From Fusobacteriia bacterium UBA1095 (GTDB lineage: Bacteria > Fusobacteriota > Fusobacteriia > Bac17 > UBA816): DNA of 51,012 nt. Positions 16,797-26,916 of the stretch are shown here, piece by piece. The notes beneath the pieces are model-generated. The model searched no databases and was not told where the DNA came from. It saw only the letters and a program-made list of their open reading frames with translations. The stretch covers positions 1 through 51,012 of the forward strand of contig DCBY01000005.1 in the NCBI GenBank assembly GCA_002313635.1, written 5' to 3'. The position numbers were made by a program, and so were the translations under genes. Numbering within the stretch: position 1 is the stretch's first letter; each line of letters begins with the position of its first letter.

Positions 16797-19069
16797 ATCT
16801 TCTTTTCAATGTAAGTCTCTATAATGTCCCCTTCTTGGAAATCATTGAAATTTTCAATGCTAATCCCACATTCTTGCCCTGCATCTGCACGAGCAATGAA
16901 GTCTTTTAGCCTTTTTAGGGCTAATATTTTTGCTTCTTTTACTGTTTCATTATTCCTAATTACTTTTAGATAAGATTTATTATCTATGTAACCATTTTTA
17001 ACTACACAACCAGCTATGGTTCCCACTTTAGGTATTTTAAATATTTTCAATACATCTACCGTTCCAGTTTTGATGTATTCGTACTTAGGAGCCATCATTA
17101 ATTTCATTTTCTCTTCAACATATTCCATTAATTCATAGATAATAGAGAAATTTTTCACTTCTATGCCTAAAACATCTGCTTCCTTCTTTAATGATGGATT
17201 AACCGGTATATCAAAAGATATTATCGATGATCCTGATGCCTTAGCAAGTTTTAGGTCACTGGAAGTTAGATTACCGGTTGACAGGTTGATAAGCGCTAAT
17301 CTTATTTCTTCATTTTCTATCTTAAGTAAAGAATTTTTAACCGCTTCTAATGCTCCTCTAGATCCTGCCTTTACTATTATATGAAGTTCCTTTTCTGTAT
17401 CTGAAGAGAGATTTGTAGTGTATACTTCATTTCCTGTTTTCTCTTCCATTTTCTTGATTGAAGCTATCTTTTTAGCCTCTCTATCACTCTTTCTTACCTC
17501 TAGTATGTCACCTGCATCAGGAACAGAGCTGAACCCAGCTATTTTTACTGGCATACTCATGGAAGCTTCTTTAGTCTTTTTACCGTTATCATCAATCATG
17601 TATCTTATTTTACCGAAAGATATACCAGCTGTAAAAGGATCTCCAACTCTTAATGTTCCATCTTGAACTATTATGTCTGCCAACGGACCTGAATGCTGAT
17701 CTAGCTTAGATTCAATGACTATAGCTCTTCCTCTTCCCTTAGGATCACTTTTTAGGTCAAGAACTTCAGCTTGAATTATTATTGTTTCTAGAAGAGAATC
17801 GATGCCTTTACCAGTTAGAGCAGAGACCTCTATCATTTCATTATCTCCACCCCACTCGGGACCCATTATTCCCTGTTCTGCTAACTCTTGCTTAACCCTA
17901 GCAATATTAGATTCAGGCTTATCTATTTTGTTTATAGCTACTATTATAGGGACTTTAGTGAATTTGGCATGTGAAATAGCCTCTTTTGTCTGAGGCATTA
18001 CGCCATCATCAGCAGCTACCACAAGAACAGCTATGTCAGTAACACTTGCGCCTCTAGCACGCATGTCCATGAATGCCTCATGACCAGGTGTATCAATAAA
18101 GGTTATTTTCTTACCCCCTTTTTCTACCTGGTATGCACCAACTTTTTGTGTTATTCCTCCTGCTTCACTTTCTGTTACTTTTGTAGACCTTATTCTGTCT
18201 AAAAGTGAGGTTTTACCATGGTCAACATGTCCCATTACGGTTACCACGGGTGGTCTATTTATTCCTTCTGTAACCTCATGCTTCACATCTATATACTTTT
18301 CTATCTCTTTTTCTGGTTCAATCAACACATTATAATTTTCAGCTACCTCTTCTGCCAGGCTAAAAGGTATAAAGCTGTTAACATTGTGCATCTTTCCTTG
18401 CATAAACAGAAATTTAACTATCTCAGTTGGGTTTATCCCCATTTTGTCAGCTAACTCTTTAACTGTCACTTCTTTTCTACACTTTATAATTCTCTCTTCT
18501 CTTATAGCTTGCTCTACTTTTTGCTGCTCTTGTAAAAAGGCCTCTTTCTTCTTCCTCTTATTGTCTCTTCTAGATTTTATTTTTGAAGATCTAGCACTTA
18601 TAATTTTACTTAAAATTTTATCTTCTTCTTTCTCTTTTTTATTTTTTCTATTTTGCTGACTATTTTGTGGAGCAGTAAATTTTTTTGCCTTCTCTTTTTT
18701 TACTGGCTCTTTACTCTCTGTACTCTTATTGGATTTTACAGTAAAGGCATGCTTCACCTCTTTTTTGCCTTTTTCAGTTACATTTTGTCTCTCTTCTTTT
18801 TTCTTTACAACTTGTACTTTCTCTTTAGGCTTTTGATCAGCTACTGTTTCCTTAGTTTCTTTAACTTCAGTAATTTTCTTCTTTCTTAAGATAGCCTTAG
18901 GTTTTGCCTCGTCAACTACCCTAAACATTTTGTCAATTTTTTCAACTAACTCAGGATTGACAGGAGCTAAGTGAGATTTGGCTTTAGCACCTAACTTCTC
19001 TAATATTTCAATTATGTCTTTGTTAGTTTTATTATATTTTTTAGCTAATTCGTGAACTCTAAATTTCAA
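16793..19069 (-). CDS. infB: Translation initiation factor IF-2
   Basis: RVHELAK N-domain, RPPVVTVMGHVDHGKT, DTPGHEAF, NKID; TTG start. Confidence 0.99.
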   Translation of the reverse strand: MKFRVHELAKKYNKTNKDIIEILEKLGAKAKSHLAPVNPELVEKIDKMFRVVDEAKPKAILRKKKITEVKETKETVADQKPKEKVQVVKKKEERQNVTEKGKKEVKHAFTVKSNKSTESKEPVKKEKAKKFTAPQNSQQNRKNKKEKEEDKILSKIISARSSKIKSRRDNKRKKKEAFLQEQQKVEQAIREERIIKCRKEVTVKELADKMGINPTEIVKFLFMQGKMHNVNSFIPFSLAEEVAENYNVLIEPEKEIEKYIDVKHEVTEGINRPPVVTVMGHVDHGKTSLLDRIRSTKVTESEAGGITQKVGAYQVEKGGKKITFIDTPGHEAFMDMRARGASVTDIAVLVVAADDGVMPQTKEAISHAKFTKVPIIVAINKIDKPESNIARVKQELAEQGIMGPEWGGDNEMIEVSALTGKGIDSLLETIIIQAEVLDLKSDPKGRGRAIVIESKLDQHSGPLADIIVQDGTLRVGDPFTAGISFGKIRYMIDDNGKKTKEASMSMPVKIAGFSSVPDAGDILEVRKSDREAKKIASIKKMEEKTGNEVYTTNLSSDTEKELHIIVKAGSRGALEAVKNSLLKIENEEIRLALINLSTGNLTSSDLKLAKASGSSIISFDIPVNPSLKKEADVLGIEVKNFSIIYELMEYVEEKMKLMMAPKYEYIKTGTVDVLKIFKIPKVGTIAGCVVKNGYIDNKSYLKVIRNNETVKEAKILALKRLKDFIARADAGQECGISIENFNDFQEGDIIETYIEKKI

Positions 19070-19078
19070 ATTAAACCC

Positions 19079-20119
19079 CTATATTACTTCTATGTTTATT
19101 TTACACTCTGTAAGTCTTGCTGCCAACCTTGCATTCTGCCCTTTTCTTCCTATAGCTAAGGCAAGTTGGTCCTCTTTTACTTTAACATTGGCTACATGGA
19201 ACTCCCCTTTATCTTCAAGTGTTATCTCTGTTATTTCAGATGGCTTGATAGCATTAGATATAAATTTGGATAGATCTGGATCCCAAATTATAATGTCAAT
19301 TTTCTCACCATTCAATTCATCTGTTATAGATTTAATTCTCGAGCTTTTGTTACCAACACATGCTCCTACAGGATCTATTGCTTCACTGTCAGAGTAGACT
19401 GCGACTTTAGTCCTTGATCCAGCATCTCTAGCAACTGATTTTACGCTGATTATACCCTCAGAAACCTCTGGAACCTCAAAAGCAAAAAGTTCCTTCACGA
19501 ACCTAGCGTCTCTTCTAGATACGTGTATTCTTGTCGATTTAGAATTGGTCACTACATCTACTATATAAACTTTTACACTGTTACCTACTTTGTAGATATC
19601 TGTAGGACTTTGATCTCTTGTTGTTAATATAGTCTCTATTCCATCTAGGTCTATGAAAACATTTCCGCTATGATCTATTCTTCTTATAATTCCAATTGCA
19701 ATTCTATTTTTCTTATCTTGAAACTTAGATAGGATATTATTTTTTTCAGCTTCTCTTATTCTTTGAATAACCAGTTGCTTAGCATTTTGTACAGCATTTC
19801 TTCTGAAATCATCTTCTCTCTCTTCTAACATAATTTCATCTTCTAATGCAGCATCTTCACTTATTTTCTTGGCATCCTCTAGAGATATTTCTCTCTCTGC
19901 GTCTTCTACCTTTTCAACTATCTTCTTTACCCTATATATTGATATTCTAAAATCATCATCAATGTCTACTTCTATTTCAGAATCAAGACCATAGGTCTTA
20001 GAGTAAGCAGAAGCTATTCCCTCTTTAAGTGAATCTATTATAAATTTTTTCTCTATACCTCTATATTTCTCTAAGAATTCTAGAGACTCTCTAAATGAAT
20101 CCAAATCCTTTATATACAT
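19079..20119 (-). CDS. nusA: Transcription termination/antitermination factor NusA
   Basis: RNAVQNAKQ, S1 domain, ARDAGSRTKVAV, DPVGACVG, AIGRKGQNARLAARLT. Confidence 0.99.
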   Translation of the reverse strand: MYIKDLDSFRESLEFLEKYRGIEKKFIIDSLKEGIASAYSKTYGLDSEIEVDIDDDFRISIYRVKKIVEKVEDAEREISLEDAKKISEDAALEDEIMLEEREDDFRRNAVQNAKQLVIQRIREAEKNNILSKFQDKKNRIAIGIIRRIDHSGNVFIDLDGIETILTTRDQSPTDIYKVGNSVKVYIVDVVTNSKSTRIHVSRRDARFVKELFAFEVPEVSEGIISVKSVARDAGSRTKVAVYSDSEAIDPVGACVGNKSSRIKSITDELNGEKIDIIIWDPDLSKFISNAIKPSEITEITLEDKGEFHVANVKVKEDQLALAIGRKGQNARLAARLTECKINIEVI

Positions 20120-20139
20120 TTAATCTCCTGACTTTGCAT

Positions 20140-20168
20140 AAAAAAAAGTGGGAAAGGTGCCCACTCTT
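20140..20168 (-). terminator. Leader terminator hairpin upstream of nusA (rimP-leader-like attenuator)
   Basis: AAGAGTGGG-CACCTTT-CCCACTTTTTTTT lies between a promoter and the nusA SD. Confidence 0.8.
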
Positions 20169-20188
20169 AAATTTAGTGTCTTAGCCTA

Positions 20189-20217
20189 ATTATAAAATTT
20201 TCCCCAACAAAAGTCAA
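20189..20217 (-). promoter_or_regulatory. Sigma70 promoter of the nusA-infB operon
   Basis: TTGACT-N17-TATAAT; the -35 contains the addA TGA stop. Confidence 0.8.
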
Positions 20218-23200
20218 CTTTTCTGAAATTTCATCTTGATATCTATAACTTGACTCTCAACAGAGTAGTTTGGATATATGTCCTGAATAGCACTTTTATA
20301 GTTTGATATCTGTTCTTCTTCATGAGAACCCGTTTTGTAATCTATGACCCTTATATGTTTTTTATTTCTATTCATTATTAATCTATCTATCCTATACTCT
20401 CTATTTTTGTAAACAACAGTAGATTCATTGAATATTTCATCTTCTTTATCAACTTGAAAAGCAAAGCTATTTTTCAATATCTCTTTAGAAGATGTTATTA
20501 CTTTTTCTATTTTCTCTCTACTCATTTTATTGAAGAAAATATTTATTGTTTTCTTTTCAGCTTCCTCTATCTCTCTCTCTTCTCCCTTTTTAATTAATGA
20601 TAGAAAATAGTGAGCTACGATACCTTCTCTCATCTTTTTCACTGCTTTTTCTCTATGCTTAACTATTTCAGCTTCATTGTCTGGCCTATTTATTTTTCTA
20701 TCTTCTTCATAGAAAATTTTTATATCTTCGGTTACTTTGTTTGATGTCTCTTTATGGTGCTTATCACTTTTTTGTTCTATCTTACCTAAGGTGATGGGAT
20801 CAACAAAAAGTGAAGTTATATTCTCCCTGCCTGCTGTTTTAAGTAGGGCGTTTTTTACCCTATTGACATAGGCATCATTTTCATTTTTCACCTTTTTCTC
20901 ATTAATGCCCTCCAGTAACTTAAGACTTTTATCAAAACTTGCCAATAGTATTAAATTCTTCTTAGCCCTAGTTGTAGCAACGTAAAGGTTGTTAAGTTCT
21001 TCTGCTACCTCTTTTTCTCTGTCAATTTTTTCATAATTCTTACCATAATATTTAAGAATATTACTCATTTCACTGGAGGTAAAACAAAAATCACTAACCT
21101 CTTCAAATTTACTATTAAATTCTAAATTAAGGTGGAGCTTATTCCTAGTATTGCTAAATCTTGAAGAGAAATTCCATGCTAAGAACACTGTTTCAAACTC
21201 TAAACCTTTTGATTTATGGATAGTCATTAGCTTTATAGAGTTGTCCTCTTCAATTCCAACCTGCCTCATTGTTTCACTCTTTATGTTTTCTTGTGCAAAC
21301 TCAATAAAGGAGGTTATGTCAGTGAATTTTCTGCTTATTTCATAGAATTTAGTTAAATTTTTCAAGTCACTAGCTGAATAAAAAACTTTTGTGAACCCAA
21401 ACTCTTCTATCATGATTTTTATATCATAGTTGCCTTCATTTTTAATTTGCTTTATTCTAGACAGCACTTCTACAACATTATCTTCAAGTTCCAATTTATC
21501 ATGAACATTATCAAAATACATTTCTACACTGTGTTTTATCTTGGTTATTTTCTTCATGCTCTTGCTTGGTATGTTCACGACATCACTTCTCAAAAAGGCA
21601 ATCAAATCATATATTTCAGATTTAGAGACAAATTTCATCAAGTAAAATAGAGGCCTTATTGCTTTGTGATCCAATAGAGATAATGAGCTCTCTTTTACAT
21701 GAGGTATCTTGTACTCATTTAAGTACATAGATATCTCTTCTAAGTCAGCATTGGTTCTAGCTAATATAGCAGTGTTTTTAAATGAAATTTTCCTCTTTAT
21801 TATGGTCTCTACCAAATTTTTCTTTAAGTCTTTCTTCTCAGATAGTGAAAATTCTACATATCCTCTTTTTTTGGTTGGTAGATATTTAACAGCATTTTCT
21901 ATAACTCCTAAATTAGAGAATAAGTTATTAGTAAATTTAATGATCTCTTTCTGACTTCTGTAACATGTCTCTAGATAATTTGTTTTGCACTTTAAAATAT
22001 CACCTAATCTGACAAATAGCTCTTTTTCACCGCCTCGCCATCTGTATATTGACTGCTTTTCATCACCAACAGCGATAAACTGTCTAGCCTCTTTAGCCAA
22101 AAGCTTTACTATAAACCATTGCATGCAGCTAGTATCTTGGAATTCGTCAATCAAAATGTAGGTCTTGTTGTAGTCTATTACATCTTTAAACACTTCCTTG
22201 CTATGGTCACTGAATTGATATATAAACTTGAATGTATAGATTAAAATGTCATCATGAGTGAACTCTTTTTTTGTAAATTTTATTTTGTCATACTCTTTAA
22301 ATATGATTTCTGAAATTTTTATTATCTCTTTTTCTAAAGGTATAAGTTTGTTATTAAATATAAATGAAGAGAGATTTTTCTTAAATTGATTATATCTGTC
22401 TGTTAATATTTTGTATTCTTTAAAGTTTTCTTTATTTCTTCTCAACTTTACTCTATCCCAAAATCCATTCTCCCCAATGTGATTAAGGAATATAGAAAAA
22501 TTTTTCTCAAGGTAACTTTTAAAGTTTTTGTTTGCTAGTCGTAAAGATACTACCTCTTTGAAGTCATCTTTTACATACTCTGACAATTTTTTACCGTTAC
22601 CTTTACTACCAACTAGCTCTTCTAATTGATCTACTACTAATTTAAAGCTCTCTTCTATATCTAAGCTTTTTTTATATGACCTTCTTTTTTTGTCTACTAG
22701 TAAAAATTTCCACCTATTGTTTACAAACTCTGAAATCCATTTTAGATAATTAGTTACATCTTTTTCCATGAAGACTGAGAAAAACTTTTCAACTTCAGTA
22801 AATTTCTTCTCAGACTGTATGAGATTTTCTAAAGTCTCTTCTATAATGTCTAAATTTCTTTCTGAAGTTACCATCTTGTAGCCATATAAGTTGAAATAAG
22901 GAACAACAAATTTATTAAAAATACTGTTAATAAATCCATCTATGGTACTAATTCTAATGTTGCTTTTGTTAAATAGGAGATTTTTTTTAATCTCTCTTAC
23001 TTCGTCGTAGTCAATTTTTTCTATCCCAAGATAGGCAAGATCTCTGGCTAGTGATTTGCTGCCTTTTAGTAGATAATCAAGATGTTGAAATATCCTATCT
23101 TTTATCTCTTGAGTTGCTTTTCTAGTAAAGGTAGTTATTAGAATGTTTTCATAATTCACACCTTTTAAAAGTAATTTTATGTAGTGTAACGATAGTCTGT

Positions 23201-23246
23201 ATGTTTTACCAGTACCAGCACTAGCCTTTATAACTATATTTTTCAT
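20214..23246 (-). CDS. addA: AddA-like SF1 helicase-nuclease
   Basis: ASAGTGKT, TFTRKAT, LIDEFQDT, VGDEKQSIYRWRG, MTIHKSKGLEF, LYVATTRAK, C-terminal RIDRL..IDYKTG nuclease. Confidence 0.92.
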   Translation of the reverse strand: MKNIVIKASAGTGKTYRLSLHYIKLLLKGVNYENILITTFTRKATQEIKDRIFQHLDYLLKGSKSLARDLAYLGIEKIDYDEVREIKKNLLFNKSNIRISTIDGFINSIFNKFVVPYFNLYGYKMVTSERNLDIIEETLENLIQSEKKFTEVEKFFSVFMEKDVTNYLKWISEFVNNRWKFLLVDKKRRSYKKSLDIEESFKLVVDQLEELVGSKGNGKKLSEYVKDDFKEVVSLRLANKNFKSYLEKNFSIFLNHIGENGFWDRVKLRRNKENFKEYKILTDRYNQFKKNLSSFIFNNKLIPLEKEIIKISEIIFKEYDKIKFTKKEFTHDDILIYTFKFIYQFSDHSKEVFKDVIDYNKTYILIDEFQDTSCMQWFIVKLLAKEARQFIAVGDEKQSIYRWRGGEKELFVRLGDILKCKTNYLETCYRSQKEIIKFTNNLFSNLGVIENAVKYLPTKKRGYVEFSLSEKKDLKKNLVETIIKRKISFKNTAILARTNADLEEISMYLNEYKIPHVKESSLSLLDHKAIRPLFYLMKFVSKSEIYDLIAFLRSDVVNIPSKSMKKITKIKHSVEMYFDNVHDKLELEDNVVEVLSRIKQIKNEGNYDIKIMIEEFGFTKVFYSASDLKNLTKFYEISRKFTDITSFIEFAQENIKSETMRQVGIEEDNSIKLMTIHKSKGLEFETVFLAWNFSSRFSNTRNKLHLNLEFNSKFEEVSDFCFTSSEMSNILKYYGKNYEKIDREKEVAEELNNLYVATTRAKKNLILLASFDKSLKLLEGINEKKVKNENDAYVNRVKNALLKTAGRENITSLFVDPITLGKIEQKSDKHHKETSNKVTEDIKIFYEEDRKINRPDNEAEIVKHREKAVKKMREGIVAHYFLSLIKKGEEREIEEAEKKTINIFFNKMSREKIEKVITSSKEILKNSFAFQVDKEDEIFNESTVVYKNREYRIDRLIMNRNKKHIRVIDYKTGSHEEEQISNYKSAIQDIYPNYSVESQVIDIKMKFQKS

Positions 23247-23247
23247 T

Positions 23248-25797
23248 CTATATTCCTCTCACTTTGCAAATATCCACAAACTCACAATACCTACACATAT
23301 TCTTATTTTCAGTCCTAGGAAAATATTTAGAGGCTGCTAATTTATGAATTGTAGCACTTACCTCTTCTTCAAAAATAGCAACATTGGTCTCTTCTTTTAG
23401 GGATTCGTCAAAGAATTTGTAAAACCACTTTACCACGTTATCTTTCTCATTATAGTAAAGAATATGGTAAAAATCTAATTGCTTAGAATCAGTATGACCT
23501 GTCTTGTAGTCTATTATGTAGTTATTTTTAGTTGTCTCTATTCTTAAATCAGCTTTACCTTTTATAGTAAAGGTCTCCTTTCCTTTTTTGAACAATCCTT
23601 TTTTCTCAGATACCTCTATCAAGAAATCTTTGATTTTTTCATTCTTTAATCTTAAATTTAGTGCTTTATAGAACGATATAACACTCTTGATTATAAATGG
23701 GTATAATATCTTTTCGTAGTATCTTTTGTAATTAGTAGATATTTTAAATTTTTCTTCATCTATAATTTTATCAAGCTTCTCTTTCACATCATCATATGAG
23801 ATATTAAAATTATTTTTCATTATCTCACTTTTTCTAGCAAAAGCTATTTCATTTAAAACAGAATGTATTATATTACCTAATAAATTTGGATCAATTCTAT
23901 ACACTATTTTATTTTGGCTTGTGCCTAATTTTGCAATAGATTTTAGATAGTATCTGTATGTGCATTTATTTAGATCATTGTAGTCATAAAAACCTATAGA
24001 GAATTCATTATTTTCATTTATGAGGTCACTCTTATCCAGAGGTAATCCATCCATAGCATCATTGTTATCTTCAATTCTACAGCTTTTCTTGTCTTTAAAT
24101 ATTAGACCAGCAATACTGCTGTAGTCACTGCTATTCAGGGATGACTTTTCTACGGGCATTTTAAATTTCACTCTTACTTCTTCAATTATTGAGCTCATTT
24201 CTGATGCCGTATTCGCATCTTTTTTGAAGTAGATGAAGCATTTTTTTGCAGAAAAAATAGCTCTAATGTACCTATACTTATTTTCAAGATATATTGTTTC
24301 TTTGCTTTTTAAATTAAGTCTTTTTTTCTGTTCGTTGGTTAGGAAAAAATTTATTTTTGATTGAGGTGACAAGGATTTTTCATCACAGTTTAGTAAGAAT
24401 AAATTTTTCCAAGGATTTACTTTTTTTATTGACTCTTTGGTGTATCTATATTGTGAAGTATCTAACTGTACTCTTTTACGCTTTAGGCTGTTTAATAAAA
24501 ATTTAAATAGGCTATTACATAACTTACGTTTAGAGAATATATTCTTCCATCTATTTTTCAAAAGATTTTTGTTTATCGCTTCCATTTCTATCAGTGATTC
24601 ATAGAATGTTTCAAATAAATTTGAGTATTCAGAGTTGTTGAATATGGAAAAATCTTTCTTAGAAAAATATCTAAAAAACTCCTCAAAGCTATCTATTTTG
24701 AATAATTTATATATGTCTTCATAAAGCTTTTCGCATATTGCAAATCCTTTAGGTATATACTTGTATCCACTACGAGCTAGGAAAATTATAGATCTTTTAT
24801 CTTTTGGAGTAATCTCATAGTATTTGAAAAAGTAGATAGAACCTTGAATCTTCATCAGGTCTGAAATTTTTAAAGACAGTTGATTATCTATAATTTCTGT
24901 ATTTTCAACTAAATTATATAGGTCACTTAAAAAGGAAAAAAACATGGTGTTGCTAAAGAAGTCTTTTTTGTTTGACACTGTCCCAGATAGATAGCTATTT
25001 TGATCGTTTCTTGAATCTATAATAGTTGCCTTATCAAGACCTTTCATGTCTTTTAGTAAACTTAGTGATTGTACGCAATTATCAGAACATTCTCTAATTT
25101 TTACATCTATCTTCGTATTAGGAATTGTAACTTTTTTCATTCTTAAATTTTTTAAATCAAAATCTTCAGGATCCATCTGTAGGAATAATTCTATATCAGT
25201 ATCAATGCTACTAAATGAATCTATTATATGTTTTTCTAACCTGGAAAAGTAAAGAGTATTTACAAAGATTACTTTTTTGACTTGCTTGAATTTAGTCAGG
25301 TCAACTCTAGCAGGATTATATACAAAGATTCTATCTTCAAGATTATTTTGAATTACGTACTCTTTATAGTCATTTTTAACATTTTCAAGTTGTTTAAAGA
25401 TCTCTTTCTGCCACTCATATAGGTTGTCTTCTTTGATTTTCCTCTCTTCTATCAACTCTTCGTATAGATTAAAAAATAATTTTCCAAATTCTATGCAATC
25501 AAATATATTTTTTATACCAAACCTTGATTTATTTTCATTTGTCAAAGATTTAAAGAAAGAGACTAATCTAAAATCTCCTTCTATTATGGGTTTTTCTTTG
25601 AAAAATATCTCTGACTTTAATTGATCTTTGGTGGTAACTATAGCTCTGTTTATACCAAACGTTTCAAATAATTTATTTCTACATGAAGTCACATCCTCAA
25701 GACTATCCAGAACAAAAATGCATTCATTTGGGTTCTGAACATGCCCGAAGATCTGGTCAAATATTGGTTGACCGTAGCCAACGAATCGACACAGCAT
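23248..25797 (-). CDS. addB: AddB-like PD-(D/E)xK nuclease subunit with Fe-S staple
   Basis: KCTYRYY, GKADL..IDYKTG, CRYCEFVDIC; directly upstream of addA. Confidence 0.88.
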   Translation of the reverse strand: MLCRFVGYGQPIFDQIFGHVQNPNECIFVLDSLEDVTSCRNKLFETFGINRAIVTTKDQLKSEIFFKEKPIIEGDFRLVSFFKSLTNENKSRFGIKNIFDCIEFGKLFFNLYEELIEERKIKEDNLYEWQKEIFKQLENVKNDYKEYVIQNNLEDRIFVYNPARVDLTKFKQVKKVIFVNTLYFSRLEKHIIDSFSSIDTDIELFLQMDPEDFDLKNLRMKKVTIPNTKIDVKIRECSDNCVQSLSLLKDMKGLDKATIIDSRNDQNSYLSGTVSNKKDFFSNTMFFSFLSDLYNLVENTEIIDNQLSLKISDLMKIQGSIYFFKYYEITPKDKRSIIFLARSGYKYIPKGFAICEKLYEDIYKLFKIDSFEEFFRYFSKKDFSIFNNSEYSNLFETFYESLIEMEAINKNLLKNRWKNIFSKRKLCNSLFKFLLNSLKRKRVQLDTSQYRYTKESIKKVNPWKNLFLLNCDEKSLSPQSKINFFLTNEQKKRLNLKSKETIYLENKYRYIRAIFSAKKCFIYFKKDANTASEMSSIIEEVRVKFKMPVEKSSLNSSDYSSIAGLIFKDKKSCRIEDNNDAMDGLPLDKSDLINENNEFSIGFYDYNDLNKCTYRYYLKSIAKLGTSQNKIVYRIDPNLLGNIIHSVLNEIAFARKSEIMKNNFNISYDDVKEKLDKIIDEEKFKISTNYKRYYEKILYPFIIKSVISFYKALNLRLKNEKIKDFLIEVSEKKGLFKKGKETFTIKGKADLRIETTKNNYIIDYKTGHTDSKQLDFYHILYYNEKDNVVKWFYKFFDESLKEETNVAIFEEEVSATIHKLAASKYFPRTENKNMCRYCEFVDICKVRGI

Positions 25798-25867
25798 ACA
25801 GCCTCCTACAGCTGCACAAAAAAATTTTTATAATTTCTTATGCTATTTAAAAGTTATTCTAAGTGAG

Positions 25868-25896
25868 ATGATAACATTTTTTGAATGTGAAAGCAA
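25868..25896 (-). promoter_or_regulatory. Putative sigma70 promoter of addBA
   Basis: TTGCTT-N17-TATCAT with a TG extension. Confidence 0.55.
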
Positions 25897-25899
25897 TTT

Positions 25900-26916
25900 T
25901 TATTCACACTCTTCTACCCTTAATTTTATGATAGAAGATAAATCGATTTTTTTAAATGATTCTAGCATGCTTTTTCTGTCTTTCATATTAGAGTTGATAA
26001 TAATAGAGTATAGTATTTTAGCAGTTATAAACCCTTCTAAACCAGACTCACCTACCTCAAAATCAGGTTCATACTTTCTAGAACATTTTACATAATCTTT
26101 TACTGTTTTATTGTTTGAATTGATATTGGGGAATATTTTCCCTGAATAGACTTTTACACCATATTTCTTTATCTTTTTATTGACTTCAGAGTTAGATAGA
26201 TAAAAAGGTAGGATAAATGTACTATCTACCCCGTTAAATTTTGCCCTTTTGATAAAGCTAATTGCTCCTTTTTGTTCTCCAAGTATTATTATGTGGCTAG
26301 GTTTAAGTTGCTTTATATCCATCAAGGCTTCATTCATAGATAGAGGATCTTTAATGTATGAAAAGACAGAAGGAACTATTTTTGTTAATTCACTAATGTA
26401 CTCTTTTTGCCATTCTTCTTCCTTTTCAAATACAATAGCCAATTTTTGTACATCGTGTCTGTTTACAAAATCAGCTAAAGCTTCTAAATCTTTTTCTATG
26501 GATGGCCTTAGATAGAAGATATCTTCACTGTTTTCATCTATATCTTTTTGAGATAGACTAACGAAAGGAAAGGCCATTACAACATCTTTTTTCTTTGCTT
26601 CTTCTATGGATTTTAGCACCCCTTCCATATTTGAGTATCCCATTAGTACGGAAGCTTTATCAGAAAAAATTAATCTCCTTGTGTTAGACAGGTCTCTAGT
26701 AGGTCTATTTCCATTATCATAAAAAATTGCTTTAGGAATAATATTAGGATCACTGTCTATTACTTTATTTAAATAACATATAGCTCCCCTGACATATTCT
26801 GCATTTTTACCCTCTTCTTTCTCTTTAAAGATAGATCCACCTATAATTACATCTGCTTTTTTCTCTTCAGAAAAGGATGTTTGGCTTAAAGCAAGAAACA
26901 TTAAAAATATCATCAT
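25900..26916 (-). CDS. Periplasmic-binding-protein type 1 (branched-chain amino acid/LivJ-like), no adjacent permease
   Basis: Short signal peptide; RGAICYLNKV, FYDNGNRP, IFYLRPS, EGFITAKIL resemble the Peripla_BP_6 pattern. Confidence 0.7.
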   Translation of the reverse strand: MMIFLMFLALSQTSFSEEKKADVIIGGSIFKEKEEGKNAEYVRGAICYLNKVIDSDPNIIPKAIFYDNGNRPTRDLSNTRRLIFSDKASVLMGYSNMEGVLKSIEEAKKKDVVMAFPFVSLSQKDIDENSEDIFYLRPSIEKDLEALADFVNRHDVQKLAIVFEKEEEWQKEYISELTKIVPSVFSYIKDPLSMNEALMDIKQLKPSHIIILGEQKGAISFIKRAKFNGVDSTFILPFYLSNSEVNKKIKKYGVKVYSGKIFPNINSNNKTVKDYVKCSRKYEPDFEVGESGLEGFITAKILYSIIINSNMKDRKSMLESFKKIDLSSIIKLRVEECE

